From an uncultured virus (IMG/VR IMGVR_UViG_3300008117_000258) (taxonomy: Duplodnaviria > Heunggongvirae > Uroviricota > Caudoviricetes), in IMG/VR virus record IMGVR_UViG_3300008117_000258: 64,000 nt of DNA, one strand, 5' to 3'. Every line of letters starts with the position of its first letter. Position 1 is the first letter of the stretch. This document shows, in pieces, positions 31,114 to 40,604 of this stretch. Under the pieces are notes generated by a model. It saw only the letters and a program-made list of their open reading frames with translations, was not told the DNA's origin and did not search any database. The translations under genes were made by a program, and so were the position numbers.

Positions 31114-31423
31114 ACAAATAGAACCAGCAAAAACAACATTGGAGATGGTAAATGGCTTAACAGAAATTGCAGATTACATGCAAGATGAAGAACTTACTAC
31201 CGCACTGACTTTTATTGCAAAGGTAATTATTAAACCTGATATTCCTACTCAAGTTGCCAGTATTGAAATAGTAAGGCTACAGGCTATTGCAGCAAAAATG
31301 GCTTTTAAGGCTACTTGGATGGCCAATGTAGACAAGAATGATCGTGCAAAGAAAAATATTTACTACACAGCAGCGGAATCTATAAATAACTTGGTATCAG
31401 CACTCAAGTATATAATGCGCTAA
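31106..31423 (+). CDS. Hypothetical helical protein
   Basis: ORF in operon with RBS. Confidence 0.65.
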   Translation: MSEQIEPAKTTLEMVNGLTEIADYMQDEELTTALTFIAKVIIKPDIPTQVASIEIVRLQAIAAKMAFKATWMANVDKNDRAKKNIYYTAAESINNLVSALKYIMR

Positions 31424-31456
31424 CCTGCTATACTTATATAAACAAAGGGAATAAAA

Positions 31457-32290
31457 ATGACAAAAAGTTTACTACAGCAGGTTATGTTAAAAGAGTCAGA
31501 AAAGAAAAATGCCATGACTAAGCAAAATATTATATTTAATGCAGAAGATATGGTTGAAAAAATTAAGTCTGGGTACACGGTTAATCGTGGTCCAAAGATG
31601 ACGGTAAAGAAAACATTTGCTCCATCTACAATTGCTTACCAGCATGGTCAATGTCCACGGTATTGGTATTTAGCATTTAATGGAAATATATTTGATGACT
31701 ACACAGATTCATACGGTGTTGCCAATATGAGTTCTGGAACAATGAGTCACGATAGAATACAAAGCGCAATGTTAGATTCTGGAATTGCTGTTCCTTATAT
31801 AAATGATAAGGGAGAAAAAACAACAGAGTTTAAGGTTATTGCTAATGATCCACCAATTTTTGGTTATGGAGACGTAATGCTTAATTGGGAAGGCGAAGAA
31901 ATTGTTGGCGAAATTAAAACAATGATGAGTGAAGCCTTTGAGTATAGAAAGAAAACAAACAAGCCAAAGGGTGCACACCTAATTCAATTGCTTATTTACA
32001 TGAAAATTTTGGGAAAGCAAAAGGGTGCACTTATATATGAAAATAAAAATAATCACGATTTACTAATTATCCCAGTAGAGGTTAATGATGGTTATCGTCA
32101 ATGGATTGATTATGCATTTAATTGGATGCGTGAAGTTCGTAAGGCTTGGGTAGATCAAACAATACCAACAAAAAATTATCGTGGAAACTCTAAGATCTGT
32201 AAAACATGTCCAGTAAAAGCAGCATGTGCTGATGCTGGAGATGGAAGTATTAAGATTGCTTCTCTGGAGGAATTGAGTGAAACTTTGTAG
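31457..32290 (+). CDS. Cas4-like PD-(D/E)XK exonuclease
   Basis: CPRYWY, GYGD...EIKT, QLLIY, CKTCPVKAAC; TGCTATACT promoter at 31426-31434. Confidence 0.85.
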   Translation: MTKSLLQQVMLKESEKKNAMTKQNIIFNAEDMVEKIKSGYTVNRGPKMTVKKTFAPSTIAYQHGQCPRYWYLAFNGNIFDDYTDSYGVANMSSGTMSHDRIQSAMLDSGIAVPYINDKGEKTTEFKVIANDPPIFGYGDVMLNWEGEEIVGEIKTMMSEAFEYRKKTNKPKGAHLIQLLIYMKILGKQKGALIYENKNNHDLLIIPVEVNDGYRQWIDYAFNWMREVRKAWVDQTIPTKNYRGNSKICKTCPVKAACADAGDGSIKIASLEELSETL

Positions 32291-32567
32291 TCGGTGTGAT
32301 AATAATTTTACACCAAAAGTATCTTATCAAATTTATTGCAGCGAAAGTTGCAGAGATGAGGCTACAAAAGAAAAAATTGCAGAGCGTTATCAAATAACTC
32401 GTAGACAAAAAAGAATAGGTAAAGTTAGAAAATGTTTAGGTGGTTGTGGAGTTGACCTATCAATCTATAACGATTCTGGATTTTGTTCAAATTGCAATGT
32501 AAGTAAAAAAGCAGTAGATAAAATGTTAAAAGAGTTAAAGGGGTTTATAGACTATGAACAAGACTAA
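32277..32567 (+). CDS. Cys-rich zinc-finger protein
   Basis: CSRC...YCSESC...CLGGC...CSNC. Confidence 0.7.
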   Translation: MKLCSRCDNNFTPKVSYQIYCSESCRDEATKEKIAERYQITRRQKRIGKVRKCLGGCGVDLSIYNDSGFCSNCNVSKKAVDKMLKELKGFIDYEQD

Positions 32568-33135
32568 GTGGGGTGGCTCAGTGCAACCAAACAATATTTG
32601 TGCAATTGATGCAAGCACAAATAGCCTTGCTTTTGCCTTTTATTCTTTTAAAAATCTTGGCACTGTTGGAAAAATTAATTTTCAGGGAAATGATATTTAT
32701 CAAAAAGTAATAGATGCTTGTAAGAAAACTAAAGGTTTGTTTGATCAATTTAACATGATTGATGCTATTGTAATTGAGCATACGGTGTTTATGAACAGCC
32801 CTAAGACTGCTGCTGATCTTGCTTTAGTTCAGGGCGCATTACTTGGCGCTGCTGGTCTTGCTGGAATAGACACAGTTGGAAAGGTTTCTCCTATTACTTG
32901 GCAAAACTATATTGGAAATAAGAAAATTTCTAAAGATGAACAACTTTATATTCGTGCACAACATCCTGGAAAATCTGTTTCTTGGTATAAATCGTATGAA
33001 AGAAATTTGCGAAAAGAAAGAACTGTTAAGTTTATAAATACTATATATGATAAAACTATTACAGATAATGACGTTGCAGATGCCTGCGGTATTGGTCATT
33101 GGGCAATTAGCAACTGGGATAAGGCTATATCGTGA
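32554..33135 (+). CDS. ruvC: RuvC-like resolvase
   Basis: AIDAS, IVIE, DVADACGI acidic motifs. Confidence 0.8.
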   Translation: MNKTKWGGSVQPNNICAIDASTNSLAFAFYSFKNLGTVGKINFQGNDIYQKVIDACKKTKGLFDQFNMIDAIVIEHTVFMNSPKTAADLALVQGALLGAAGLAGIDTVGKVSPITWQNYIGNKKISKDEQLYIRAQHPGKSVSWYKSYERNLRKERTVKFINTIYDKTITDNDVADACGIGHWAISNWDKAIS

Positions 33136-33368
33136 GTCATTCTTTTAATTTGAAGTCAGAAGTTATGCTTGAGCACTTGATTTTGCAAGGGGCAGTAGAA
33201 GTCAGCGGGATTGACAAAAATACTGGAGAAATGATATACTCTATAACAGATAAACTTAAAGAGGTTAACCCTGAAATGTATCATTACATGGAGCAAGACT
33301 TTAGAGAACGAATGTTTGAGATGATTGACCAAGGTCCTACGGTCATGCAATGGAAGTTGGTAATATAA
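33132..33368 (+). CDS. Hypothetical protein, paralog of 46588-46914
   Basis: LILQGAVEVSGIDKNTGEMIYSITDKLKEVNP. Confidence 0.65.
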   Translation: MSHSFNLKSEVMLEHLILQGAVEVSGIDKNTGEMIYSITDKLKEVNPEMYHYMEQDFRERMFEMIDQGPTVMQWKLVI

Positions 33369-33523
33369 TGTCAAATAAACTTTATACAAATGAGGTTTGG
33401 CTCAAGAAAAGGTTTGTTCTTGATAAGAAAACACCTCAAGAAATTGCTTCTGAGTGTGGAGCAAGTGTAGAAACAATTTATGTTTATCTTGCTAAATTTG
33501 GATTAAGGAAGTCACGACGATGA
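33368..33523 (+). CDS. Small HTH DNA-binding protein (51 aa; below ORF-track cutoff)
   Basis: Manual translation MSNKLYTNEVWLKKRFVLDKKTPQEIASECGASVETIYVYLAKFGLRKSRR; TAATG coupling. Confidence 0.75.
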   Translation: MSNKLYTNEVWLKKRFVLDKKTPQEIASECGASVETIYVYLAKFGLRKSRR

Positions 33524-33645
33524 ATAAAGCACAAAAAGTTTTAATTGGTTTAGGCGTTGCAGGTGCCGTTGGTATAACTTATGTACTTACAGCATTAAGA
33601 GGTTTACCAGAGGCTTTTGATTGGGAGAATGATGAAGATGAGTAA
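33520..33645 (+). CDS. Small membrane protein (41 aa)
   Basis: MNKAQKVLIGLGVAGAVGITYVLTAL...; ATGA overlap. Confidence 0.55.
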   Translation: MNKAQKVLIGLGVAGAVGITYVLTALRGLPEAFDWENDEDE

Positions 33646-33883
33646 AGGATTAAACATTACGGTTGACCAAGTTAACCATCCACTTCACTATACAACAGAT
33701 CCTTCTGGAGTTGAGTGTATTCAGATTACTCGCCATAGAAATTTTAATATTGGAAATGCATTTAAGTATCTTTGGAGAGCGGGACTTAAAGATGAGGAAA
33801 AAACTATTCAAGATTTAGAGAAGGCAATTTTTTATATTAAAGATGAAATCAATAGACTAGAGGGAAAATACATTGTCAACTGA
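33638..33883 (+). CDS. DUF3310-like protein
   Basis: DQVNHPLHY...ECI...GNAFKYLWRAGLK...QDLEKA. Confidence 0.85.
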   Translation: MSKGLNITVDQVNHPLHYTTDPSGVECIQITRHRNFNIGNAFKYLWRAGLKDEEKTIQDLEKAIFYIKDEINRLEGKYIVN

Positions 33884-34409
33884 AGAAGATTTAGTTAAAC
33901 ATCTTGATCAGGTAAATCAAGTCGTTGCAGAGTACCTCAAAGGTTCAGACCCAACTAAAATTTCTAAAGAATTAACTATTCCAAGAACTCGTGTTGTTGA
34001 ACTTATCAATGAGTGGAAAGTTATGGCATCTGCCAATGATGCTATTCGTGCTCGTGCAAAAGAAGCACTAGCAGCAATGGACGCACACTATGGAAAATTA
34101 ATCACAAAATCATATGAGGTTATTGATGAAGCATCAATGACAAATAATCTTAGCGCAAAGACTCAAGCAATTAAACTTGTTGTTGACATTGAAAAAGCAA
34201 GAATTGATATGCTTCAAAAAGCAGGCCTTCTTGAGAATAAAGAACTTGCAGAAGAGATGGTTGAGATTGAAAAACGTCAAGAAACCTTAGTGGCAATTCT
34301 TAGGGATATTGCTTCAGAACATCCAGAAATTCGTGACTTAATTATGCACAGGCTTTCGTCTGTTGCAAAAGATGGAGAAGTGATTACAATTGTCCACAAT
34401 GTTCAATGA
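33873..34409 (+). CDS. Putative terminase small subunit (HTH + coiled coil)
   Basis: N-terminal HTH-like region; overlaps start of the large terminase. Confidence 0.6.
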   Translation: MSTEEDLVKHLDQVNQVVAEYLKGSDPTKISKELTIPRTRVVELINEWKVMASANDAIRARAKEALAAMDAHYGKLITKSYEVIDEASMTNNLSAKTQAIKLVVDIEKARIDMLQKAGLLENKELAEEMVEIEKRQETLVAILRDIASEHPEIRDLIMHRLSSVAKDGEVITIVHNVQ

Positions 34410-36090
34410 TTTTTTTGAGGCACTTAAAAATAATAACTTTGAAGAAATGCCTGTAGATGCAAAGACATTTGTTGAAGGTGAAGCATATTTAAATCAACCA
34501 CCACTATCCGATGTTCAATATGACATTGTTGAAGCAATGAGTCAAATTTATAGAGAAGAAGATCTTGTAGATATTTTGGGGGCAGAAGAAGGCCATCGTT
34601 ACTACAAAAAGTATACAAAGAATGAAGTTATTCTTCAACTCGGCAAGGGATCTGGAAAAGACTTTACATCTACTGTGGCATGTGCATACATAGTCTACAA
34701 ATTGTTATGCTTAAAAGACCCTGCTAGATATTTTGGTAAGCCTGCTGGAGATGCCATTGATATTATTAACGTTGCTATTAACGCTCAACAAGCCAAGAAC
34801 GTTTTCTTTAAAGGGTTTAAGACTAAGATTGAAAAGTCTGAATGGTTTGCAGGAAAGTATAATGCTAAGGCAGAATCTATTGAGTTTGACAAAGCCATAA
34901 CAGTTTATTCTGGTCACTCAGAAAGAGAATCACACGAAGGTTTGAACTTGATTCTTGCAGTTCTTGATGAAATTTCTGGTTTTGCAACTGAGGTAGGAAC
35001 TGGAAATGATCAAGGAAAGACTGCAGATAACATATATAAAGCCTTCCGTGCTTCGGTAGACTCTCGTTTTCCTGATCTTGGCAAGGTAGCATTGCTTTCA
35101 TTTCCTCGTTTTCCAGGTGACTTTATTTCACAAAAATATGAAGATTCAATAATGGAAAAAGAAACAATTACAAAAACTCATCGTTTTATTATGAACCCAG
35201 ATTTTCCAGATGAACTTGAAGGCAATTACTTAGACATTGGCTGGGACGAAGATCAAATCATATTTTTTACAGACATGGGAGATGCCATGCAGCGTTTTGC
35301 TTGTGTGCCAACATTTGCTTCTGATGCATTCTTTAAACAAAAAGATAAACTTGAAAAATGTATGACACTTAGAAATCCAATTGATAGCAATAAAAGATTT
35401 GATGAGTCTTTTGTGCCAGACCCAGATAAAATTTATTATGTACATGCTGACCTTGCACAAAAACACGATAAGTGTGCAGTAGCAATTGCACATGTTGACA
35501 AGTGGGTAAATCTTCAAGTTGTAAAAGATTATGAACAGGTTGCTCCAATAATTATTGTTGATGCTGTGGTTTGGTGGGAGCCAAAGGTTGAAGGTCCAGT
35601 AAATCTTTCGGATGTCAAGCAATGGATTCAAAACCTTCGTAGACAAGGATTTAATCTTGGAATGGTTACGTTTGACCGTTGGCAATCATTTGACATTCAA
35701 CAAGAACTGCAGGCGGTAGGAATAAGAACTGATACTGTTTCTGTTGGCAAAAAACACTATGAAGATCTTGCAATGATGATATATGAAGAGCGTGTCGCTA
35801 TGCCACATATTCCATTATTGCTTGATGAAATGTCTGAACTTAAAATTATTAACGATAAGAAAGTAGATCACCCACGTAAAAAATCTAAAGACTTATCAGA
35901 TGCCGTTACAGGCGCAGTATTTGGGGCTTTATCTCATACCCCAAAGAATACTAATATAGAGATTGATGTTCATACTTGGTCTAGATCTGCTCAAAGACTT
36001 GCGGAGCATGAGCAACGTATGGTAGAATTGGATAACAAGAAAATGCCTGAAGAAATTCGGGACTATCTTGGTAATTTCAATTTATTATAA
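34390..36090 (+). CDS. terL: Terminase large subunit
   Basis: GKGSGKD Walker A, LAVLDE Walker B, HADLA...D, TFDRWQS, KDLSDA nuclease motifs. Confidence 0.9.
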   Translation: MSTMFNDFFEALKNNNFEEMPVDAKTFVEGEAYLNQPPLSDVQYDIVEAMSQIYREEDLVDILGAEEGHRYYKKYTKNEVILQLGKGSGKDFTSTVACAYIVYKLLCLKDPARYFGKPAGDAIDIINVAINAQQAKNVFFKGFKTKIEKSEWFAGKYNAKAESIEFDKAITVYSGHSERESHEGLNLILAVLDEISGFATEVGTGNDQGKTADNIYKAFRASVDSRFPDLGKVALLSFPRFPGDFISQKYEDSIMEKETITKTHRFIMNPDFPDELEGNYLDIGWDEDQIIFFTDMGDAMQRFACVPTFASDAFFKQKDKLEKCMTLRNPIDSNKRFDESFVPDPDKIYYVHADLAQKHDKCAVAIAHVDKWVNLQVVKDYEQVAPIIIVDAVVWWEPKVEGPVNLSDVKQWIQNLRRQGFNLGMVTFDRWQSFDIQQELQAVGIRTDTVSVGKKHYEDLAMMIYEERVAMPHIPLLLDEMSELKIINDKKVDHPRKKSKDLSDAVTGAVFGALSHTPKNTNIEIDVHTWSRSAQRLAEHEQRMVELDNKKMPEEIRDYLGNFNLL

Positions 36091-36108
36091 AAACTAACAA
36101 GGAGAAAA

Positions 36109-37806
36109 ATGAATTCATTTAAGAAAATTGCCCTAGGACTCGCTGCAGCAATGTCCTTTGGCGTTATGTCAGCACTTCCGACAAGTGCTGCTGTAATTGC
36201 ACCAACCTTGACAATTGACTCTGCTACAGACTCAATTATCGTAGGTGAAACTGCAACAGCAGTAGTTTCATTGTCATATATTTCAGAAACATCAGCAGAT
36301 ACAGCAACAGTCCTTTCTGCAATGTTCTCACAGCCATCAACGGCTAATAAGTCTGCAACACTTACATTGCTTGAAACAAATACAGCAACTGTAGCAATTG
36401 CAGGAGATAGTTTGACTGCAAATGTTAACTCAACAGTTAATACAGCAGGATATGTAACAGCAAAGTTTACAGTTACTTTGGCTGCCCCAACAGTTGCTGG
36501 TACTTATGTTGCAACAATTCTTACAACACGTCCATCTAATGGTCCTTCAGTATCTTGGACAGTAACAGTTGGTGCAGGAGACACAGTTCCTTCAGCATCA
36601 ACAACAACTTCAATTCTTAATAGAGGAGAAGTAATTACTGCTACATCAGATGATTCAGTGTTTGCACCAAAGGTTGCAGCAACAGATGCAGCAGCAGTTA
36701 TTGTTGTTGCACAAAAGAATGCAGCAGGCAGAGCAACTTCAGAGTCGCTTCTTGCCACAGTAACTGGATCAGGAGCAATTGGTTATGGCACAAATGCTAC
36801 AACAATGTCACTTCTTGGTCGTTCAGTTGTTATCCCTTCAGGAAATTACATTGGTGTATTTGCTGACGGTACAGCAGGAGTTGGAACAATTACAATTACA
36901 ACCCTTACAGGAACAGTTCTTGCAACAGAGAAGGTAACATTCTATGGAGATATTGCTACAATTGAAGCAACTCCAGTTAAGTCTGTTATTGCAGTTGGTG
37001 CAAACACAACTACAATTAAGGCAGTTGCAAAGGATGCTTCTGGTGTAACAGTAGGAGCAGGAACACTTAATGCTTTCTCAAGCAATGTTGCAACAGTATC
37101 TGATTCAGGTACAGCAGCAACAATTGTTAATGGTGAGGCAGTATTTACTATTACTGGTGTTAAGGCTGGTGGAGTAGCAATTACAGTTAAGTCTGGAACA
37201 ATTTCATCCGCTCCAGTTTCTATTCGTGTAGAGTCAGCAGCAGCAACTGTTAAGTTGGCTTTTGACAAGGACACATATTTGCCAGGAGAAGCAGCAACAA
37301 TCAAGGTAACAGTTCTTGATGCTGCAGGTCTTCCAGTATCTGGAAAGACACATTCTGCTCTATTTGCTACAGGTGGAATTACTTCAACCTACGCATTTGG
37401 TTCAGGTTCAGATGTTCTTACAGCAACATCAGTTACAACTGATACAGATACAGTTAAGTCATACAAGGTATTTATGCCATTGACAGAAAACACTGTAACA
37501 ATCTCAGCAACTGGTGGAACTTCACTTCCTTTGGCTGGACAGGTAGCAGTATCTGCAACAGCAAAGGTATCAAATTCTTCTTCTAGCACAAATGCTACTC
37601 TTGCAGCACTAGTTGCACAGATTACAGCAATGCAGGGAATCTTTGATAGCCTTAAGGCAGAAGTTACAACACTTAAGGCTGACAAGGCAGCAGCAGATGC
37701 TAAGGCAATTGCTGATCGTGCTGCTTTTGTAAAGCAGTATAATGCTCTTGCAACTAAGTGGAATAAGAAGAATCCAAAGTCTAAGGTTGCACTTCTAAAG
37801 AAGTAA
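36109..37806 (+). CDS. Secreted Ig-like repeat / S-layer-like surface protein
   Basis: Sec signal MNSFKKIALGLAAAMSFGVMSALPTSA; Ala/Thr/Val-rich beta repeats; C-terminal coiled coil and basic tail; promoter TGGTAGAAT near 36020 and terminator. Confidence 0.75.
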   Translation: MNSFKKIALGLAAAMSFGVMSALPTSAAVIAPTLTIDSATDSIIVGETATAVVSLSYISETSADTATVLSAMFSQPSTANKSATLTLLETNTATVAIAGDSLTANVNSTVNTAGYVTAKFTVTLAAPTVAGTYVATILTTRPSNGPSVSWTVTVGAGDTVPSASTTTSILNRGEVITATSDDSVFAPKVAATDAAAVIVVAQKNAAGRATSESLLATVTGSGAIGYGTNATTMSLLGRSVVIPSGNYIGVFADGTAGVGTITITTLTGTVLATEKVTFYGDIATIEATPVKSVIAVGANTTTIKAVAKDASGVTVGAGTLNAFSSNVATVSDSGTAATIVNGEAVFTITGVKAGGVAITVKSGTISSAPVSIRVESAAATVKLAFDKDTYLPGEAATIKVTVLDAAGLPVSGKTHSALFATGGITSTYAFGSGSDVLTATSVTTDTDTVKSYKVFMPLTENTVTISATGGTSLPLAGQVAVSATAKVSNSSSSTNATLAALVAQITAMQGIFDSLKAEVTTLKADKAAADAKAIADRAAFVKQYNALATKWNKKNPKSKVALLKK

Positions 37807-37819
37807 AACTTTATAAATT

Positions 37820-37851
37820 AGGGGGTTAGCCAAGCGCTAACCCTCTTTTTT
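37820..37851 (+). terminator. Rho-independent terminator
   Basis: AGGGGGTTAGC/GCTAACCCTCT stem then T run. Confidence 0.85.
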
Positions 37852-37895
37852 ATTGCAACAAAATGATATAATAAGACTATTATACATAGAAAAGG

Positions 37896-39881
37896 ATGTG
37901 GCCTCCTATCAAAAATCTCCTACTAAAAAGTGGGTTGGTGGCATTTTTAGTGGGTATTTGGCTAATTTTTAGTTCTGCGGAAATTGCTCATGCTGATGAG
38001 TTAACAGTACAGGTATCTAACTCAGACACATCTACAGTAGTGATCAGTGCTGGTTCTACAGTAACAATTGAAAGTGCAACAGCCACTATTGATGCAGCCC
38101 AGACTGCTATAAATCAGGCTGAAACTGCAACGGCAGTCATACAAACCCAAGCAACAGCCATTACAGGCCCTACAGAGACCATTACAGCCACTATCACACA
38201 GGCTCAGACCTCTATAGTACAGGCTCAAATAGTAGTAGATAGTGCTACTGTGGCTGTGGCTCAAGTTGATTCCGCTACCGTTTTAGTTGCTGAGGCTGAA
38301 GAAAATGTTGAAATTGCTCAGATTGCAGTGGACTCACAAACAGCAGTAGTTGGAACAAATATAAGTTTAGTAGACTCTGCTACTGCAGTAGTAAATGCAA
38401 ACACTAGCCCTGGATTAACAATGACTGTCTATCATAACCCAGGCACTAATGCATCTCCTGCACAAGGTGGTAACTTGGTTTACACTGGAACAGATACAAA
38501 TGGAATTAACGAGCAATGGAATAGTAGTGGTCCAACAGTAAATGGTCCAACTATTACCACAACCACAACAGAAACATTTGCTGGAAATCAGTTAAATACA
38601 AATATTGGAATTACAGTAAATGGTATACCAGTTTCTACTACAAATAGAAATGGAGTGTATATTGGATCAATTGGATTCCCTGGCCCTGGACAAGACCCAT
38701 CTTTAAGTTTATATACACCAACAGCACAGACTTTAATTACTTTACCAGTAAATTCAACTTCAGCAAGTTTTCAAGTATTTGCCAAGAATGGTACAACTAC
38801 TGGTTTAATAACATATAGTGATGGAACTACAGAAACTTATCAACTTCAACACAATGTTAGTTCAGAATATACAAACTATGTACATACAGAAACATTTACA
38901 GCCCCTGCAGGAAAAACCATATCAACAATTACAGTTCCAACAGACTATGATTATTTTGCAATTGATAATGTTTCTGCTACAAGCACAACTACCACACAAA
39001 CAACTGTTACAGAAGATTTTCAAGTAAGATGGCAAGGTCTGTGGACACCTCAGTATACTGGAACACAGTACATCACAGCATCAGCAGATGATGGTACTAG
39101 ACTATATCTTGATGGAGAACTAGTTATTAATGACTGGTTTGATAAAGGTGGGGGAGGTTCTACCGCTGATGTGCAGACCGTTGCTGGAGTTTCTAAGACT
39201 TTAGATTTTTGGTTTTATGAAAATGGTGGTGGAGCAGGGGTAAGCCTTCTTAGATATACTGATAATCTGGGATGGGCAGTTATACCTGGTTCTGAGTTTT
39301 CAACATCTACAGCAACACCACAACAAATTCAGGCTCTTAATACAGCACAAACAAACCTTCAGGTTGCACAAGCCACACTAGATATTTTAGAATCAGATCT
39401 TGAGACAGCAGAAGAAGATCTTATTGAAGCAGAAGAAAATTTAGAAGATGCTCAAGATGAATTAAACTCAGCAATAATTGCAGTAACAAATGCGGTATCT
39501 TCAATGAACACAAATGTAACAGCAGCACAAACTTTAGTAGTAGAAACTCTTGCTGCAGAAGAAGCAGAGAGAGCACGAATCGCTGAAGAGGCAAGATTAG
39601 CAGAGATTGCTAGACAGGCAGCAGAGGCTGCAGAAGCAGCCAGAATTGCTGCAGAACAAGCATATGCTGCAGAACAAGCAAGGGTAGCAGCAGAGCAAGC
39701 AAGAATTGCAGCAGAGGCTGCAGCGGCTAAGGCTGAAGCAGATCGTATAGCAGCAGAACAGGCTGCAGCACAAGCAGAAGCGGAAGCACAAAAGGCTGAA
39801 GCAGATAGAATTGCTGCAGAAGAAGCAGCAGCACAAGCACAAGCCGAAGCAGAAGCCAAGGCAGAGGCAGAGGCTAGCTGA
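37896..39881 (+). CDS. Exported PA14-domain coiled-coil protein, N-terminal part (frameshifted)
   Basis: Signal peptide ending AHA; heptad stalks; EDFQVRWQG, ADDGTRLYLDG, FYENGGGA PA14 motifs; E/A/R-rich helix. Confidence 0.8.
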   Translation: MWPPIKNLLLKSGLVAFLVGIWLIFSSAEIAHADELTVQVSNSDTSTVVISAGSTVTIESATATIDAAQTAINQAETATAVIQTQATAITGPTETITATITQAQTSIVQAQIVVDSATVAVAQVDSATVLVAEAEENVEIAQIAVDSQTAVVGTNISLVDSATAVVNANTSPGLTMTVYHNPGTNASPAQGGNLVYTGTDTNGINEQWNSSGPTVNGPTITTTTTETFAGNQLNTNIGITVNGIPVSTTNRNGVYIGSIGFPGPGQDPSLSLYTPTAQTLITLPVNSTSASFQVFAKNGTTTGLITYSDGTTETYQLQHNVSSEYTNYVHTETFTAPAGKTISTITVPTDYDYFAIDNVSATSTTTTQTTVTEDFQVRWQGLWTPQYTGTQYITASADDGTRLYLDGELVINDWFDKGGGGSTADVQTVAGVSKTLDFWFYENGGGAGVSLLRYTDNLGWAVIPGSEFSTSTATPQQIQALNTAQTNLQVAQATLDILESDLETAEEDLIEAEENLEDAQDELNSAIIAVTNAVSSMNTNVTAAQTLVVETLAAEEAERARIAEEARLAEIARQAAEAAEAARIAAEQAYAAEQARVAAEQARIAAEAAAAKAEADRIAAEQAAAQAEAEAQKAEADRIAAEEAAAQAQAEAEAKAEAEAS

Positions 39882-40428
39882 AGAAGAGGCAGCACAAGAA
39901 AAAGAAGAAGAGTTAAAAGAAATACTTGAAGATGCAAAAGATGGAAAAGAATTAACAGAAGAACAAAAAGAAGTTGTCGTTGAAGCATTATTAGAAGACC
40001 TTAAGCCTGGAGAATCAATTTCAGCAGCAGAAATTAAAGCATCTGGAGTCTCATATGCAGACCTTCCACCAGAAACACCAGTTGAACTTCGCACTGATGA
40101 AAATGGTAATGCTCTTGTAATTACCGCTGCAGTTGCAGCAAACATTGAATTAGTTCAAGACCCAGGGGCATTGCTGGAAGCAGCATTTACAGATCCAGGG
40201 GCAGCACTAGCAGCACTTGGAAGTATTGGTGCAGATATGACTGAAGAAGAAAGAGAAGAAGCAACAGAAATGGTTGTTGCAACAGTTGTAGCAGCAGGAG
40301 CAGCAATTAATGCAGCAGCAGTTGCAGCAGGTGGAGCAACTGGGGGAAGCACGGGTGGAGGAAGTTCTGGTGGAGGTGGTGCTTCAGGTGCTAATTCACC
40401 AGGTTCAAGAGGAGGAAGAAAATGGTAA
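39871..40428 (+). CDS. C-terminal part of the PA14 protein in the +1 frame (putative membrane anchor)
   Basis: Resumes the same repeat (RLAEEEAAQ); no credible own start; ends in hydrophobic, Gly-rich and basic segments. Confidence 0.7.
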   Translation, partial: RLAEEEAAQEKEEELKEILEDAKDGKELTEEQKEVVVEALLEDLKPGESISAAEIKASGVSYADLPPETPVELRTDENGNALVITAAVAANIELVQDPGALLEAAFTDPGAALAALGSIGADMTEEEREEATEMVVATVVAAGAAINAAAVAAGGATGGSTGGGSSGGGGASGANSPGSRGGRKW

Positions 40429-40604
40429 GAGTAATAAAAAATATAATAAAAGATCTAATTGATCAGGCATGGACTCTTCTTGGAATGTTTATTGCCTGGG
40501 TTGTATTAGATGGTAGTGCAAAAACGGTAGTTGGATATGGAATCGTAGCAACTACCGCACTTTGGATTTTAACTAGTCCAATTAGAAATAAGGAGGAAGA
40601 ATAA
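40422..40604 (+). CDS. Small two-helix membrane protein
   Basis: Two hydrophobic segments; GGAGG RBS. Confidence 0.7.
   Translation: MVRVIKNIIKDLIDQAWTLLGMFIAWVVLDGSAKTVVGYGIVATTALWILTSPIRNKEEE

Noticed and set aside
31457..32290. CRISPR-Cas system suggested by the Cas4-like gene
   Set aside because: No cas1/cas2, effector genes or array; stand-alone Cas4-like nucleases are routine in phage recombination modules
22483..36090. Inteins or self-splicing introns in helicase, DnaE, RecA or terminase
   Set aside because: Core motifs are contiguous at normal spacing; no intein termini or homing-endonuclease inserts seen
39452..40145. Long minus-strand Ala/Ser- and Cys-rich ORFs
   Set aside because: Antisense shadows of the GCA/GAA repeat region of the PA14 protein
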